64,000 bases of DNA from an uncultured Alphaproteobacteria bacterium. Lineage in GTDB: Bacteria; Pseudomonadota; Alphaproteobacteria; Rhizobiales; Hyphomicrobiaceae. The stretch's first letter is position 1. Each line of letters starts with the position of its first letter. This document shows, in pieces, positions 32,375 to 44,907 of the stretch. The position numbers and the translations under genes were made by a program. Where the stretch lies: positions 14,765 to 78,764 of the forward strand of contig CAWGEK010000014.1 of NCBI GenBank assembly GCA_963821565.1, written 5' to 3'. The notes beneath the pieces are model-generated. The model ran no database searches, was not told where the DNA came from, and saw only the letters and a program-made list of their open reading frames with translations.

Positions 32375-33698
32375 CTACTCGGCGGGAACCGTCGAGAGCT
32401 GCCGGCGCGATCGTGCTTGGCTCTGACGTGCGGCCCGCTTCTTGAACCAGATGACGATGCCGGTGGCGGAAAGCACAGCGACAACGATGCCGAAGAGCGA
32501 CATCGCGGCGCGGCCCGGGATTCCAAGAATTCGGCCGGAGTGGATCGGGAACTGGAGCTGGAGGAAGACGTCGGCGGCGGTCCCGGTCCATGGGACCTGA
32601 TCGGCGAGGATGCGTCCGTCCTTTCCGTCGAGCAGGATCTGCTTCACCATGCCAGCGGCGCCGTGCGGGTCCTCACCCTCCGCGCGGAACGACACGGCAT
32701 AGATGCCGAACTCGGGTGAGTAGAAGGCATAGCCCACGCCGTCGGTCCATCCCTTGGCGCGCGCTTCACGCTCCGCGAGGGCGATGATGTCGCCGTAGCT
32801 CTTCTGCGGCTCGATCGGATCATGGCGCGCGTGCATCTCGCGTGATTCCCAGGGCATCGGCGTGAGCGATGAGATCCTGCTCAGGATCGGGCGCACGATC
32901 TCGAACTGCAGGTTCATGGAGATCGAGGTGAAAGCGATGGTGATGAGAAGGAGCCAGAACCACAGGCCTAAGGCGCGATGCAGATCGAAATTGATGCGAT
33001 AACGCGAGCCGCTCCATTTTATGCGCCAGGCGGGCTTCCACCTGACCAACCAGGAGCGGGTTTTCTCGCTCCTTGTTGACGCGGTGATTTCGTCTGCGAC
33101 CGTCTCGTCGGCTGAGACGGGTGGTAAGAAGGTGTCGGCAGCCGCGCGGCGGCGTGTGGGTAGCGTCAAGTGGAAACCGACGAAGCTGTCGAACAGCCAC
33201 ACGATGCCGACGAGACCCATGAACCAGATGCCCCAGCGGTCGATGCCCCACATCTCCGGGAATGTGCAGGCTGTAGTGGAGCGCGTAGAGGAAGGGGAGC
33301 AGGTTCTCGCGATCGAGCGCGACCTTGCCCCAATCGCGCGTGCCGACGATCTTGCCTGTTACGGGATCGATGAAAACCTGGTTGTGGCCGAGCTCGAACT
33401 GCTGGCCGGTCGCGGGATCGCGGCGCCCGGTGACGCTCAACATCGCTGTATGGCCTTCCTCGAACTGGGTCTCGAAGAAGGTGACGCGGCGGCGCGGGTC
33501 ATCGACCTCGATGCGGGCGGCAAGATCGAGCGGCGAGAGGTAAGCGCCACGGCTCTCGATCGCGAACAGCTGCGGGTTCAGCCACTCGTCGAGTTCATGA
33601 TCCCACGAGATCAGCGCGCCGGTCGCTCCGGCGATGAAGAGGAACACGGCGATGAACAGGCCGGCCCAGCGGTGGACGAGGACGAAGAGGCTCCGCAA
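32375..33698 (-). CDS. PepSY-associated TM helix protein (iron-regulated membrane protein)
   Basis: VHRWAGL, LHYSL, FDLHRALG, QFPIHSG, TGIVIW; one frameshift. Confidence 0.88.
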
Positions 33699-33851
33699 GG
33701 GATCACCTGATAGTGGCTGACGGGCGTGACGCGACTCGCGCTGAACTTGGCCGACGCGGAAGCGTATGAAACATGATTGTTTTAGTCAATATTTTGCGAG
33801 GCATTGGGCGCGACGAGCGCGGCCGGCGTTGCCGACCGCGCTCGCGCTCTT

Positions 33852-36222
33852 CTAGAATTTATAAGTGAAGCCCGAGATGATCGTCCGCGCGGTGCCGATG
33901 AAGCAGTCGCCGCGCGACAGGCATGTCGACATATAGACCTTGTCCTCGAGGTTGGTAGCGTTGACAGCGAAACGATAGTCATCAGTTTCGTAAGCGATGG
34001 CGGCATCGACGAGGCCCACGGCCGGCGCTTGCAATGTGTCGGTCCCGTCCCAGGATGTGCCGATATAGCGGAAGCCCGCGCCGACCGACCAGCCGCGCAC
34101 CAACCCTTCGTCAAAGGTGTACATTGCCCACATCGAGGCCAGATGGGCCGGTACGGACTCGACGTTGAGGCCAGCTTGGTTGCCGCTTGTGTACTCGGCG
34201 TCCGTGTAGGAGTAGCCGCCGGCGATCTTGATAGAGCGCGTGAGATTTCCGACCACCTCGATCTCGACGCCGCGGATGGAAACCTCGCCCGCCTGAACGG
34301 AGTAGTTCGGATCGGCGGGGTCCGTTGAGAGGCGGTTGCTCTCCGTGATGTCGTAGAGGGCGCCGTTAATGGCAAATGCCGCGCCTGGCGGCTGGTATTT
34401 GAACCCCGCCTCGTACATGACGCCGGCCTGGGGATCGAAGGTGTCACCATGCCGGTCGAGGCCGACGACGGGAACGAAGCTCTCCGCATAGCTTACATAG
34501 GGTGTTATACCTGAAGGAAACTCGTACATGAGGCCGGCACGATAGGTCGTTGCCTCGTCTTTCTGCGCCGCGGCGAACTTGGCTTTGTTGGTAATCCAGT
34601 CCCGGCGCGCGCCAAGCACCGCAATCCAGTTTCCGAGACGAATCTGATCCTGAACATAGAGCCCGGTCTGCGACAGGTCTTGGTCAGGCGATGTCGAAGA
34701 TCGGGACGCTCGAGACGTCTGTAAAGCCCGAGAACGCCCCCGTGACCGGATCGTAATTCGGAATCCCGAGGCGCTCGGGTTGCCCATAGGCCGGCGCATA
34801 GAGGTCGAAGGGTGTCTGGTCGATGGCAGTGCCGCTCTGGCCCTGTGACAGGAACATCGCCGTGTCCACGCCGCCGAGCACTTTGTGCTTCACCGGGCCG
34901 GTCTCGAACTTCGCCTCGAGATTGGTATCCGTATTGAAAACCTGAGTGTCGGTGGTGGAAGTGTACTTCACCCGCGTGATCGTGCGATCGAGAGGATCAC
35001 TGTAGGGGAAATTGGCGCCCTGCCCAGTGTCGCCGTAGAAGAAGCTCGGGTAGTGGCCGTTATAGTCGTTGTGAATGTCAGTGTAGCGCAGGTTGTGGCG
35101 CACTCTGAACGTTTCGGTGATCTGGCTGTCGACGAAGAGCGATCCGGAAGCGGCAGTCGTGTCGTACTTCTCGAAGTCCGGCTCGCTCGCAAAGCGGTCC
35201 CTGTCGATGAAGCCGCTCCGGCTCGGGAAGCGGGTCCCGACATGCGGAAAGAACTGAGCAGCGGTGCCCGAGTTGTCGTCACGGAAATGCCCGAGCAAGG
35301 TGATGCTCGTCCCGGCTACGGGGCGGTAGGTTATGGCCGGCGAGATTGCGAGACGATCATCCTCGACATAATCGACCTGGGTGTCGGCGTCGCGCGCGAG
35401 TCCGGTGATTCGGTAAAGCCACTTGCCGTCCTCGGTCAGCTTGCCGGTCATATCAGTCTTGACCTGCTTCCAATCGTGGGTGCCGTACTCGACCGTCACT
35501 TCGCGGTGCTCTTCCTCCTGGGGTCGCTTGGATACGGCATTGATGATGCCGCCGATCGGCGCCTGGCCATAGAGTACAGAAGCGGGACCGCGCAGCACCT
35601 CGATCCGCTCCATGAAATAGGGATCGATCCGGAAGTTGCTGACGTAGTAGCTGAAGGTTCGGCGGAGTCCGTCGAGATATTCGGCTGCCTCCGTGCCGCG
35701 GATGAGGCTGGAATCCGTGCGGCCGTCAAACCCGAAGCCATCCGCCACGACGCCCGGAACATAGTGTAGCGTTTCCTGCAGTGTCGTCGCACCCTGGTCG
35801 CGGATCTGCTCGGCGCCGACCACCGAAATCGACTGTGGGATCTCCTTCAGGGGTGTGTCTGTCTTTATGCCGGTCGCGGTCTGCTTGGCCACATAGCCCT
35901 TGAAGGGGCCGGTCGCCGTCTCGGGCTTGGTTGCGTTCGGGTCGCTCGGCGGCGCGGACTGAGCGTTGCCGTCGGCGGCGACGGCGCCGCCGGACTTGCT
36001 CTTGCCGGCGGATTTCGCCTTGGCCTTCGGCGCAGGCTTCGCCTCTGCAGGGGATTTGACGACGATCTCGGGCAACGTGGCCTCTCCCGGGGCAGGTGCC
36101 GCGGTTTCCGGCGGCGGGCTTTGGGGAGCGGCTTCCTGAGCGTTTGCGGGGCTCAGCCCCGATACAACGGCGCACGTCAAAAGGATCGCGCCGACGCGCG
36201 CGAACACACACTCACTCATCAC
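33852..36222 (-). CDS. TonB-dependent siderophore receptor
   Basis: Signal peptide, TonB-box-like LPEIVV, plug KTDTPLKEIPQSISV, RIEVLRGPASVLYG, C-terminal NLEDKVY..TYKF. Confidence 0.93.
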
Positions 36223-36548
36223 ATCCCCCAACCGCTCACACGAACGCTACTGACAGGTTGGCTGGCTGGGACAGGTGCGCGCGCCGACGCGCTGTCCACT
36301 GGCTGGCTGATCGGAACTCTGAGCGTCCCCGGCCCGGAGTTCCCACGGGCCGTCAACTGCTCGTATGAAACATTACTTCTTCAGTCAACTATGTGATTGC
36401 GAAAGTTGAATCGAGTGTTGCCATTGCGTTACGCGAAGAAACGGCAACCGGCTCGGTGGCAGTCGACTCGTGGCGCATGTCGTCAAAATCCGACGTATGC
36501 GGATCTGCGAGAGCGAGTTCGGCTCGATCGAAAGGGAGATCTGCGCTC

Positions 36549-36739
36549 TTAACTCTGGAGCCGTGCCGAGGGCGCGTGGCGCAACCAATCGGCAAACGAC
36601 TGGTCCTTCTGCATCAGCACGTCAGCTTGTGCCGGGGTCAACGCGCCCGTCAGCGGATGCACGCCTCGAGCCGCTCGTACTGCGACAAGAGGCTCAATTC
36701 CAGCGACCCGGCCGTCTCGATCGGTTTGTTGATGCCCAT
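36549..36739 (-). CDS. possible small hypothetical protein (frameshifted)
   Basis: MGINKPIE..QYERLEACIR then, in another frame, ALTPAQADVLMQKDQSFADWLR; protein-like but unverified. Confidence 0.3.
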
Positions 36740-36913
36740 AGGTGTTGCGCCCCGCGCGCTTCAAAGCTTATTGCGCGGAGCATGAAATATGCTCGCCGGT
36801 TGTAGCAACGAGCTTGGGAAAGTTATCAACAGAGCTACTAGGCGCCACGCCGTGCACTCAAGCAGCGCGTTAGTGCCTCGTCTTTACGACTGAGAAAGTT
36901 TTCAGCCGTTCGA

Positions 36914-37051
36914 CTAGCTGCATGCCGGGGCGGTGGCCACGGCCTTCGCCTTGCGGCGACGCGCGAGCAGATACGCCGCAAAGCCGATCGCGAGGATGAT
37001 GAACCCGCCGGGTACGATGGTTGCCGTAACAATAGTCAACGCAGTCTTCAT
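36914..37051 (-). CDS. 45-aa small membrane protein (absent from the ORF track)
   Basis: GGAGG RBS; MKTALTIVTATIVPGGFIILAIGFAAYLLARRRKAKAVATAPACS*. Confidence 0.6.
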   Translation of the reverse strand: MKTALTIVTATIVPGGFIILAIGFAAYLLARRRKAKAVATAPACS

Positions 37052-37209
37052 GGGCCCCTCCCTGTGGGAGCCTTAGGTCTTGTTCAGATTGCCCAGGATG
37101 ATAGCAGGGGGAGATTTCGGGCCGCTTCAGACGGTCGCACCAATGGAGGGATGGGCTTAAGGGTTTGGAAACCTTTGATGGTGGCTGAGGTCTGTCCACC
37201 ATGGCAGCT

Positions 37210-38249
37210 TCACGGCGACGGGTGAAGTGCAAGCAGGAGCGCGACGGCAACGGCGGGTGCGGAGCGGGTCGCTTCAAGACGGCAGCTTTCGCCGGCGTCG
37301 GCGAGGTCGCCGAATGTTCTGCAGGTCCGACTCCAGACGTCTCTGCAATCTCTGCGACGTCGTCGGCTCCTATGCCGGCGGCGACGACTGGTGCTTCGGC
37401 GGGAAGAGGCATCGCGGCAAGCACCTCGCGGCAGCCGTCGATGATCGAGGCGATCTGCGCTTCGCGGATGCTGACGGCGGCGGCGCGCCAATCCTCGAGC
37501 GTGCCGTCGGCGGCATCGCGCCCGAACATGCGCGCGAAACGCGCGATGCTTTCCTCGACGGTCTTGCCGCGTCCGTCCGCGGTGGCGTGCTGGTCGACGT
37601 CATCGGGAAGCGTGCCGAGGATGCGGCGGACGTCGGCCATGGTGGCGAGATACTCGCGCGCGAGCGTCTGCGAGCGGCCCTTGAAGGTGGCGCGCGTCGT
37701 GACGCCCATGACGGCGGTGCGCGTGAGCCCCGTGTAGACGAGCTCGCCGGTCGCGAGCCGGTCGGGGTCGGTCAGCCCGCGCGGAATCGGCTTGCCGCCG
37801 CGGACGGGGATGATGTCCGCGGTCGTCGAGCCGAAGTCGATCAGGAGCGCGTCCGCAATACGCTGCGCCGACGAGAGCGGCGGTCGCGAGGAAATTCGTC
37901 GAGCCGACGTCGGCGTGGTGGTGCCGGGCCTCGGCCGCGTCGCCGAAGCCGCGCGTGCCCATCCAGAAGCGGGTCGCTGGGCCGAACTCGCGCTCGAGGC
38001 GGGCGACGAGCGTCTCGACGCCGGTCTTGCGATCGGGGAACAGGTCGGACAGCTCGCCGGTCATCGTGACGGCATGGCGTGCGGCGCGCAGCGATCAGCG
38101 GGCGTGCCTCGGCGAGCGCGGCGTCGAGCTTGTCGAGGCCCTGCCACAGCGGGCAGGCGATCTGGCGCACGGCGACGATCCTCTCGTCCGTCGACGAGCG
38201 CGACCTTCAAGTGCGCGCCGCCGACATCCAATCCCGCGGTGATGGTCAT
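37210..38249 (-). CDS. H4MPT-linked C1 pathway protein Orf9 (hydantoinase/oxoprolinase family)
   Basis: GLDVGGAHLK, CPLWQG, MTGELSD, DFGSTT, ELVYTG, ATADGRGKT, ARMFGRD. Confidence 0.88.
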
Positions 38250-38332
38250 GCTGAGCGTGAAGCCTCTTCGGGTGTGGCGCCGCGTGGACGCTCTAAGTGC
38301 GTGTGATACACCACCGGTGAGGAGAAGAGAGC

Positions 38333-39030
38333 ATGGAGATCATTCCGGTCATCGATGTGCGCCACGGCGTGGCGGTCCGCGCCGTTGCTGGGGACCGGGC
38401 TCGGCTACCGGCCGCTCGAGACGCCGCTGGCCGCCAGCGCCGATCCGGTCGATGTCGCCACGGGGTACCTGTCGCACTCTATCCGTTCAGGACCCTCTAT
38501 GTCGCCGACCTCGATGGAATCGAGGGGCGCGGGGCCGAAGCGATATGGTCATGCGCGTTGCGGCGGCCGACGCACGGCCTCGATCTCTGGGTCGACGACG
38601 GGTCAGGCTCGTGCCGGATCAGTCGCTGCCGCGAACGCCTGTGATCGGGACGGAGTCGCTCGAGTCTCCGCGCGGTCGCGATCAAGGATGCGGCAGCTCA
38701 ATGGGCGTTCCCTGCGTGCTGTCTCTCGATTTCCGTGGCGACGAGTTTCGGGGCCGCCCGCGCTGCTCGAAGCTCGAGCCTCTGGCCGGAGCGGGTCATC
38801 GTCATGACGCTCGCGCGCGTCGGAACGGAAGCGGGACCGGATCTCGATCGCGTCTCGAGAAATCGTGCGCGAGGCGACACGGCCGGCGCGTCTACGCTGC
38901 CGGCGGCGTGCGCGGAACGCGAGGATCTCGAGTCGCTGCAGAAGCGGGAGCCGCCGGTGCTCTCGTCGCGACGGCGCTGCACGACGGAAAAATAAAGGCC
39001 GGCGACCTCAGGGAGATCGCCGGCTTGTAA
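38333..39030 (+). CDS. HisA/HisF-related TIM barrel protein Orf17 (H4MPT/methylofuran cluster)
   Basis: MEIIPVID..GVAVRAVAGDR, LYVADLDGIEG, MTLARVG, YAAGGVR, LVATALHDG. Confidence 0.85.
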
Positions 39031-39175
39031 AGTTTCAGTCCACTTTTGCGAGTGGCGATGAAAGTACCACCCGCGTCGGTCAGCCGTTCCAACGGCCAGA
39101 GAGTAGTCTTCCCAATCGCTGCAGCAGACCCCCCTTCATGGGAGGGGCATTATCCTGCTGTGGACGGTGCCCGCT

Positions 39176-39689
39176 TCAAGTCTTCGCACCGAACGGATGC
39201 GCGACCGAGTTGCGCTGGGCGGTCGCTTCGGCAGCCGTCGGCTTGCCGGCGACGGCGCGCGCGATGCTCTCCTTGACGGCGCGATAGTTGAAGTCCTGGA
39301 TCTTGGCGTCGTCGGCCGCTTCCCAGTGGATGAACACGCCGACGCAGATGTAGACGTCGTCGGCCTCGTTCGCGGGGATGATGCCTTCGGCGACCGAGTC
39401 CTGCACGGCCTTGGCGACGCCGTACTGGGCGGGTCCGAACATCTGGACGGCCTGGCGGGCGTCCTTGATGGTGACCTTGTTGTAGAGGATCGTGTTCGGC
39501 TTGCAGGGCAGGTTCGGCGCGATGACGGCGAGCAGCGTCGTGAAGCCGTCCTTGTTGTTCGTCAGCGCGTTGCAGAACGCGGTCTCGGCGGCGCTGCCGC
39601 GCGGTCCGATCATAGAGGTCGATGTGGGCGACTTCGTTGCCGTCGCCGACGAGCAACTCGCCGACCATTACGCGATTGATCTTGGCCAT
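39176..39689 (-). CDS. fae: formaldehyde-activating enzyme
   Basis: [47 protein letters not shown]-terminus. Confidence 0.96.
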
Positions 39690-39918
39690 TAGGGGTTCCC
39701 TTCCTTCACCATGTAAACACAAAAACCAACGCGCCCCTAGCATGCGCCCGGGGTGGGTGGGCCGCAGTCGTCCCGAGCTATCCTAGTTGCTGCGAACGGC
39801 AACGGCATGCGTCACCGAACCGGTTGGCCAGATAGCGGCACCGATAGCGCCGCCCCTTAATAGCGCCAGGATTACGCTTTCGACAAGGGGCTACGCGCCG
39901 CACTTGGTTACGCCCCGA

Positions 39919-40764
39919 CTAATGAGCGTATCGGCATAAAGGGTGCGCTACAACAAAGTCGGCGGTCGTGCCCGGATTTAAGCCTTTGCCCTTGAGTTCG
40001 CGATCGAATTCGAGCAGCTCGGCGAACGTGTCGCGGCTCGCTGCAGGGCGCCAAAGTCTTTCGCGCTTGCGAGCAGCTTCTCGGACCTCGCGGGCTGCCT
40101 CGGTGCCATGCTTGCGGACGATGTGGCTGTCCGAGATATGTGGCGAGATAGCCATGTGCAGTGTCGAAATTGCTTCATCTTCCCACTCGGCGTGGCGGCG
40201 CGCCAGCGCGAGCTCGGGCAGGCCGAACTCGAAAATGTCCTCGAAGTCGGTGACGTAGGCGCGTGCAATGCGGTCGCGGCCGGCGGCGAGCGCCATGGCC
40301 TCGCGGAGCGTCGCCGTCGGCGGGAGCGGACACATCCTGCTCCTCGGCTTTGCCGAGATCCGGCCGGATTGGCGCGGACGATCGCCTTGAACACATTTGC
40401 CGCATCCTCGCGGTCGAGACCGGCGAGCACGGCGGCGAGGCGGCGGCGCAAGTCGTCGGCACCGTTTGCTGCACCCGCTGCGGCGGCCAGAGGCGCACAC
40501 AAGAGCACGATCCCGAGGTTGGTGTTGCAGGCCGCGGCGGCGATGCTCGCCGCGACGGCGCCGAGCATCCGCTCGCCGACCTTGAGACGCGCTATTCGCA
40601 ATCCACGGTGCCGCAGCCTCGGCGGCGTCCTCGAAGTGCTTCGCCTCCATGCCGTGGCCGGCACCATGGATGTGGACGTTGCCGGGCTTCAGAGCGCGTA
40701 TCTCTGCCTCGCACGCGGCGATGAACTCGGCGCTGAGCACGTCGCCCGGCAGAGGGAACGTCAT
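39919..40764 (-). CDS. Orf7, CitG-like triphosphoribosyl-dephospho-CoA synthase family
   Basis: CEAEIRALKPGNVH, NTNLGIVLL, DSHIVRKHG, GLNPGTTAD. Confidence 0.88.
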   Translation of the reverse strand: MTFPLPGDVLSAEFIAACEAEIRALKPGNVHIHGAGHGMEAKHFEDAAEAAAPWIANSASQGRRADARRRRGEHRRRGLQHQPRDRALVCASGRRSGCSKRCRRLAPPPRRRARRSRPRGCGKCVQGDRPRQSGRISAKPRSRMCPLPPTATLREAMALAAGRDRIARAYVTDFEDIFEFGLPELALARRHAEWEDEAISTLHMAISPHISDSHIVRKHGTEAAREVREAARKRERLWRPAASRDTFAELLEFDRELKGKGLNPGTTADFVVAHPLCRYAH

Positions 40765-41711
40765 CTCGCGTGTGCCGAGTGCAATTGCGGCCAGGAAGTC
40801 CTCGGCAAGCTGGGAGGCGATGTTGACGTCGGTGACGCTCTGGAGACCCTTCCACGCCGGGTTGGAGTTGATCTCGAGGACCATGAGCTGGCCGTCGGCG
40901 CCGCGGATCAGATCGACGCCCGCATAGTCGGCGCCGATGGCTGCGACGGCGGCGAGCGCCAGGCGCTGCATCTCGTCGTCGGGATCGTGGGCGACCGGCT
41001 CGGCGCCCTGGTGCACGTTCGTGATCCAGGTCTTGCCGCGCCGCGCCATGGCGGAGAGCAGGCGGCCGTTCGATACGAAGACGCGCCAGTCCTCGAAGGC
41101 GGTCGCCTCGGGTCGCGCAGATAGTGCTGCATGTAGTAGACGTCGCCCACGGCTTCGGGCGCCGGCAGCTCGTCGGCGTTGCGCGCGCGGCTGATGCCGT
41201 TGCCCTGGCTGCCGAAGAGCGGCTTCACGACAAGAGAGCGCGCCTCGGCGCGCGCATGGGCGACGGCGCGGGTCGAGCCCTTCGACGCACGCGGGTCGGC
41301 GGGCGTCGGCAGGCCGGCCCTCTGAAAGAGGAATGTCGCCGTCGACTTGTCGACGCAGCGCTCGATGGCGCGCGCGTCGTTCCAGACGCGCACGCCGCTC
41401 TCGCGCAGCGCGTGGAGAACGCCGAGGCGGAAGGTGATCTGCTCGAGCGTTCCCGTCGACACGGAGCGCACGAACGCGCCGTCGGGCAGGGTGCCGTCGA
41501 AGCCCGGGATGTCGAGCCCGCTCGGCGAGCGAGGTGTCGAATGCGCAGTCCTTCAAGCGTCGTGATGACGACGGTGGCGCCGCGTGCCTCGAGCGCGCTC
41601 GCGAGGCGGCGTGCATGCCAGTCGCCGCCGCCTTCCTCGACGAAGAGGACGATGCGGGGGCGCTCGTAGAGGCCGCCCTTCAGTTCAGTGGCTGTTCAGA
41701 GGCTTGTTCAT
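40761..41711 (-). CDS. Orf5, RimK-family ATP-grasp glutamate ligase
   Basis: GTLEQITFRL, IERCVDKS, KPLFGSQG, DWRVFV, TNVHQG, YAGVDL, LEINSNPAW; start approximate. Confidence 0.88.
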
Positions 41712-41720
41712 GAGCCATTC

Positions 41721-41837
41721 CTCCCTCTCCCATGTAGCGGTGCGGAGTGGGGAAGGGCCGGGGTGAGGGGCAGGTTGGTCACGGCGTGTAGCTGCCCCTC
41801 ACCCTAACCCTCTCCCCGCAGTACGGGGAGAGGGGAA
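41721..41837. repeat. REP-like paired palindromic element between mch and orf5
   Basis: CTCCCTCTCCC..GGGGAAGGGCCGGGGTGAGGGG followed by inverted CCCCTCACCCTAACCCTCTCCCC..GGGGAGAGGG. Confidence 0.75.
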
Positions 41838-41846
41838 GTCGATCTG

Positions 41847-42820
41847 TTACCGGAAGCTCGCGTCGACGATCTCGGGAGCGAGCTTGCCGGCATGGAAGGA
41901 CGAGCCCGTATCGAGGTTCGAGACGGTCACCTGCGCCGGGCTGAAGAGCATGGCGTCGATCTTGTAGAAGTCGCCCTCGACGGCGGCAAAGATCTCGGCG
42001 AAGGGCTTGCCGTAGATCGAGCAGGTGCTCGACGGGCAGCTGGTCGGCGAGCTTCTTGGCCGCGTCGTCGGGGCCGCGCACGAAGAGCTGGATGCGGCCG
42101 CCGTAGATGATGGCGTCGTTGGTGCGTCCCATGGCCTTGACGAAATCCGGGATCGGCGGAGCGATCGGGCGCCACGCCGTAGCCGTCGACGATGTGCTCC
42201 AAGGGAAAGTGCAGCGCATGCGCCTTGTGGAGCGCGACCTCGAGCACGCGGGCTGCGATCTGGACCGTGCCGGCGAGGCTGCCTGTCGGAGCGTAGAGAA
42301 TTGTGAGATCGGAGGGCTGCACGCCGCAGGCCGTCGCCACCTTGCGCGCGACGGAGGACGGCGGCGCCTTGTCGCCTTCGATGACGAGGGCCGCCTTGTT
42401 GTGGTGATCGACGTAGCCGAGCTCCTTGTAGAGCTCCTCGACGCGCGAGAGCGCGCGGGCGGGGCCCGAGCCGAGAGCGAAGAAACCGCTCTCCTGCTCC
42501 TGGATGGTCCAGCCGGCGTACTGGCTCGCCAGACAGGCGATGACCGGGTTCGTCGAGTGCACGACGACGCCGAGCGGCCAGCGCTCGAGTCCCGAGGCCG
42601 ACGTGATGGAGACGGTGCCGAGCCCGCCCATGCAGATCTCGCCGAGGCGGCGGCCCGCTTCGAGCCCGCCATGGATGCCCGCGCCGAGGTCGATGCGCCG
42701 CTCGCCGGCTTCGCCGATCGTGACGGCGCAGCGGAGCGCCGCGGCGCTTGCCACGAGGTCTTCGACGAGCTTTCCGGCGCGAGCATTAACGCTCGGCTGA
42801 AGTCCTTGCATGGTTGTCAT
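41847..42820 (-). CDS. mch: methenyl-H4MPT cyclohydrolase
   Basis: [63 protein letters not shown]. Confidence 0.96.
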
Positions 42821-43975
42821 TACGGCGCTCCCTTGGCTTTTTGGCCTTCATACAGCAAGTCCTCAAGAAGGCCCAAGCGATTGCGGCAGGCGCACTCTGC
42901 CGCATGCAACTCCGTGTCGTCGGCGAGGACGGTCGCGACCGGCTGGTGCTGGGAAATGAGCGATCCGGGCCGCGGGCGGTCGGCAGCCCAGGGGGGCCAT
43001 TCGATCGTCCGGCGCCGTTAGCGGGCCGCGGTCGGCATAGAGGAAGGCCGCGGCGCGGGCGGCGGGCGGGCGCCAGCCCGATTGCAGAACGGCGGCGGGG
43101 TCGCCGCCGGAGACAGGCCTCGACGTGGGCCTGGAACAGGCTCCCCGAGGCATCATCGAAGACGTCGTGCGTGGCGCCGGGGCGCGGGTTGACCTCGAGA
43201 AGCGTCGCCTCGCCGTCGGCGACCAGAAAATCGAACGAAACGAGCCCGACGAGATTGAGCTCGCGCGCGAGAGCGAGAGACGTGTCGATGAGGCGTGCCT
43301 CGAGATCGGCTTCGAGCGTCGAGCGAGCCGACCGCGCCGCCGTAGCGGTAGGGCCGTTTCGGCAACGGAGAGGTCCATTGCCGGCTCATGGCGAATGCAT
43401 TGCCTCGCTTTGAGACTATGCCCATGACGGAAATCGCCTCGCCATCCACGCGGCGCTGAAAGTAGCGGCGCGGGTCGGGGCGGGGCTTCGGCCGGGCAGT
43501 TCGACGATGTGCAGGCCGCCGCTGCCGCCGATGCGCTTCATGAGCCAGCCGCCGGTGTCGGGCGGCGGAGTGAGGCGCGTCTCCGGGTGGCGAATGCCGA
43601 GCCGATCGAGGATGGAGAAGAATGTGTCCGGGCTCTTCGCGTGCTTGATGACCTCGGGCGCGTTGCCGATCAGGCGGTAGCGCTCGGCGAGCTTCGGCGA
43701 CGAGGCGCGGATTGCATTCGAAGCCGGAGCCGAGCACGAGGCCCGATCGGAGGGCGCGGCGCCTCGGCGACGAGCGATTCGAGGGCGGCCAAGAGGGACT
43801 TGGCGATGAAGCCGGTCTGCACGCGTGCCGGGAGGCAGCGCGAGGCGGCCGCGTGCTCGGACGTATCGAGATCGCCGAAGCAATCGACGACGAGGGGAAG
43901 ATAGCCCGCGCGCCGGGCCGAGGCCGCAAGCGCGCGAGCCGAGAAGGCAGCGATGAGTACCGCTTCGGCGGTCAA
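42820..43975 (-). CDS. OrfY ATP-grasp protein of the H4MPT cluster
   Basis: SARALAASARRAG..DCFGDLDT, GSGFE, LIGN, GGSGG, LEVNPRPGAT; frameshifted. Confidence 0.85.
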
Positions 43976-44872
43976 GCCGTGAGCTGGCGCGCCAGCGTGA
44001 AGGCGTGACGGAAATCGAGGGACAGCGGCTCCTTCGATGACATCATCTGCTTGAAGAGGCCGGATTCGGTCTTGTACTTGATGTCGCCGATCGCAAGCGG
44101 GCCGACGCCAAGCGCGTTGCAGCCCGGGAGCGGCGCGCCGTCCATGAACAGCTCCATGCCTTCGACGCCGGGCGGCGGGACGGCATTGACGTCGGCGACG
44201 ACGAGCAGGTTCTTGGCGAACTCCTTTTGCTCCTTCGAGATCACCTGCACGCCGGCGGCGGCGGCGGCGAAGATCACCTCGGCATTCTCGATGATCTCGC
44301 GCTTCTGGTCGTCGGTCTCGCCGGCGACGGCCTCGAGGTCGACGCCGAAACGCTCCTTGGAGACTGCGGCCGACTTGATGACGCGGTCGACGCCGCGGTG
44401 GGCGATGAGCCGAACCTGGGCGCCTTCAAGCGCGGTGATGATCGAAGAGGCGAAGCCGACGACGCCGGTGGCGCCGAAGACGGCGACGCGCGTGCCCTTC
44501 CAGCTGCGCCCGAACTTGAATTTCAGCACGCGCTCGACGCAGGCGACCATCGCGGCGGCGGTGGTGAAGGAGCCGGCGGGATCGGCGAAGACGGAGAGCT
44601 GGAAGGGCGGCACCATGGCCTTCTGTGGCCGCTTCCATCATGTCGAGGGCGAGGATCGCGTCCTTGCCGCCGATGAAGATGCCGGTGCGCACACCGTAGT
44701 CGGGCGGACGCGAGAAGATGGCGTCCTGCACGAGCGGCGTGACCTCCTCGAGCGTCACGTTGATGTAGGGAACGATGACCTTGTAGCCGGCGTCGGCAGC
44801 CATGTTCACGTCGAACGGGCTCATATGCTTCTGCGGCGAGAGCATGTGGAGGATTGGCGTCGCTTCACTCAT
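43972..44872 (-). CDS. mtdB: NAD(P)-dependent methylene-H4MPT dehydrogenase
   Basis: SPFDVNMAADAG, QDAIFSR, ADPAGSFTTAAA, GATGVVG, DVNAVPP, LAIGDIKY. Confidence 0.95.
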
Positions 44873-44907
44873 CATTTTCTCCCTGTTCGGCGCTCATTGC
44901 CGCTCGC

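Noticed and set aside
36385-36430. Fur box upstream of the TonB receptor
   Set aside because: Only a weak partial resemblance by eye; not supportable without a matrix scan
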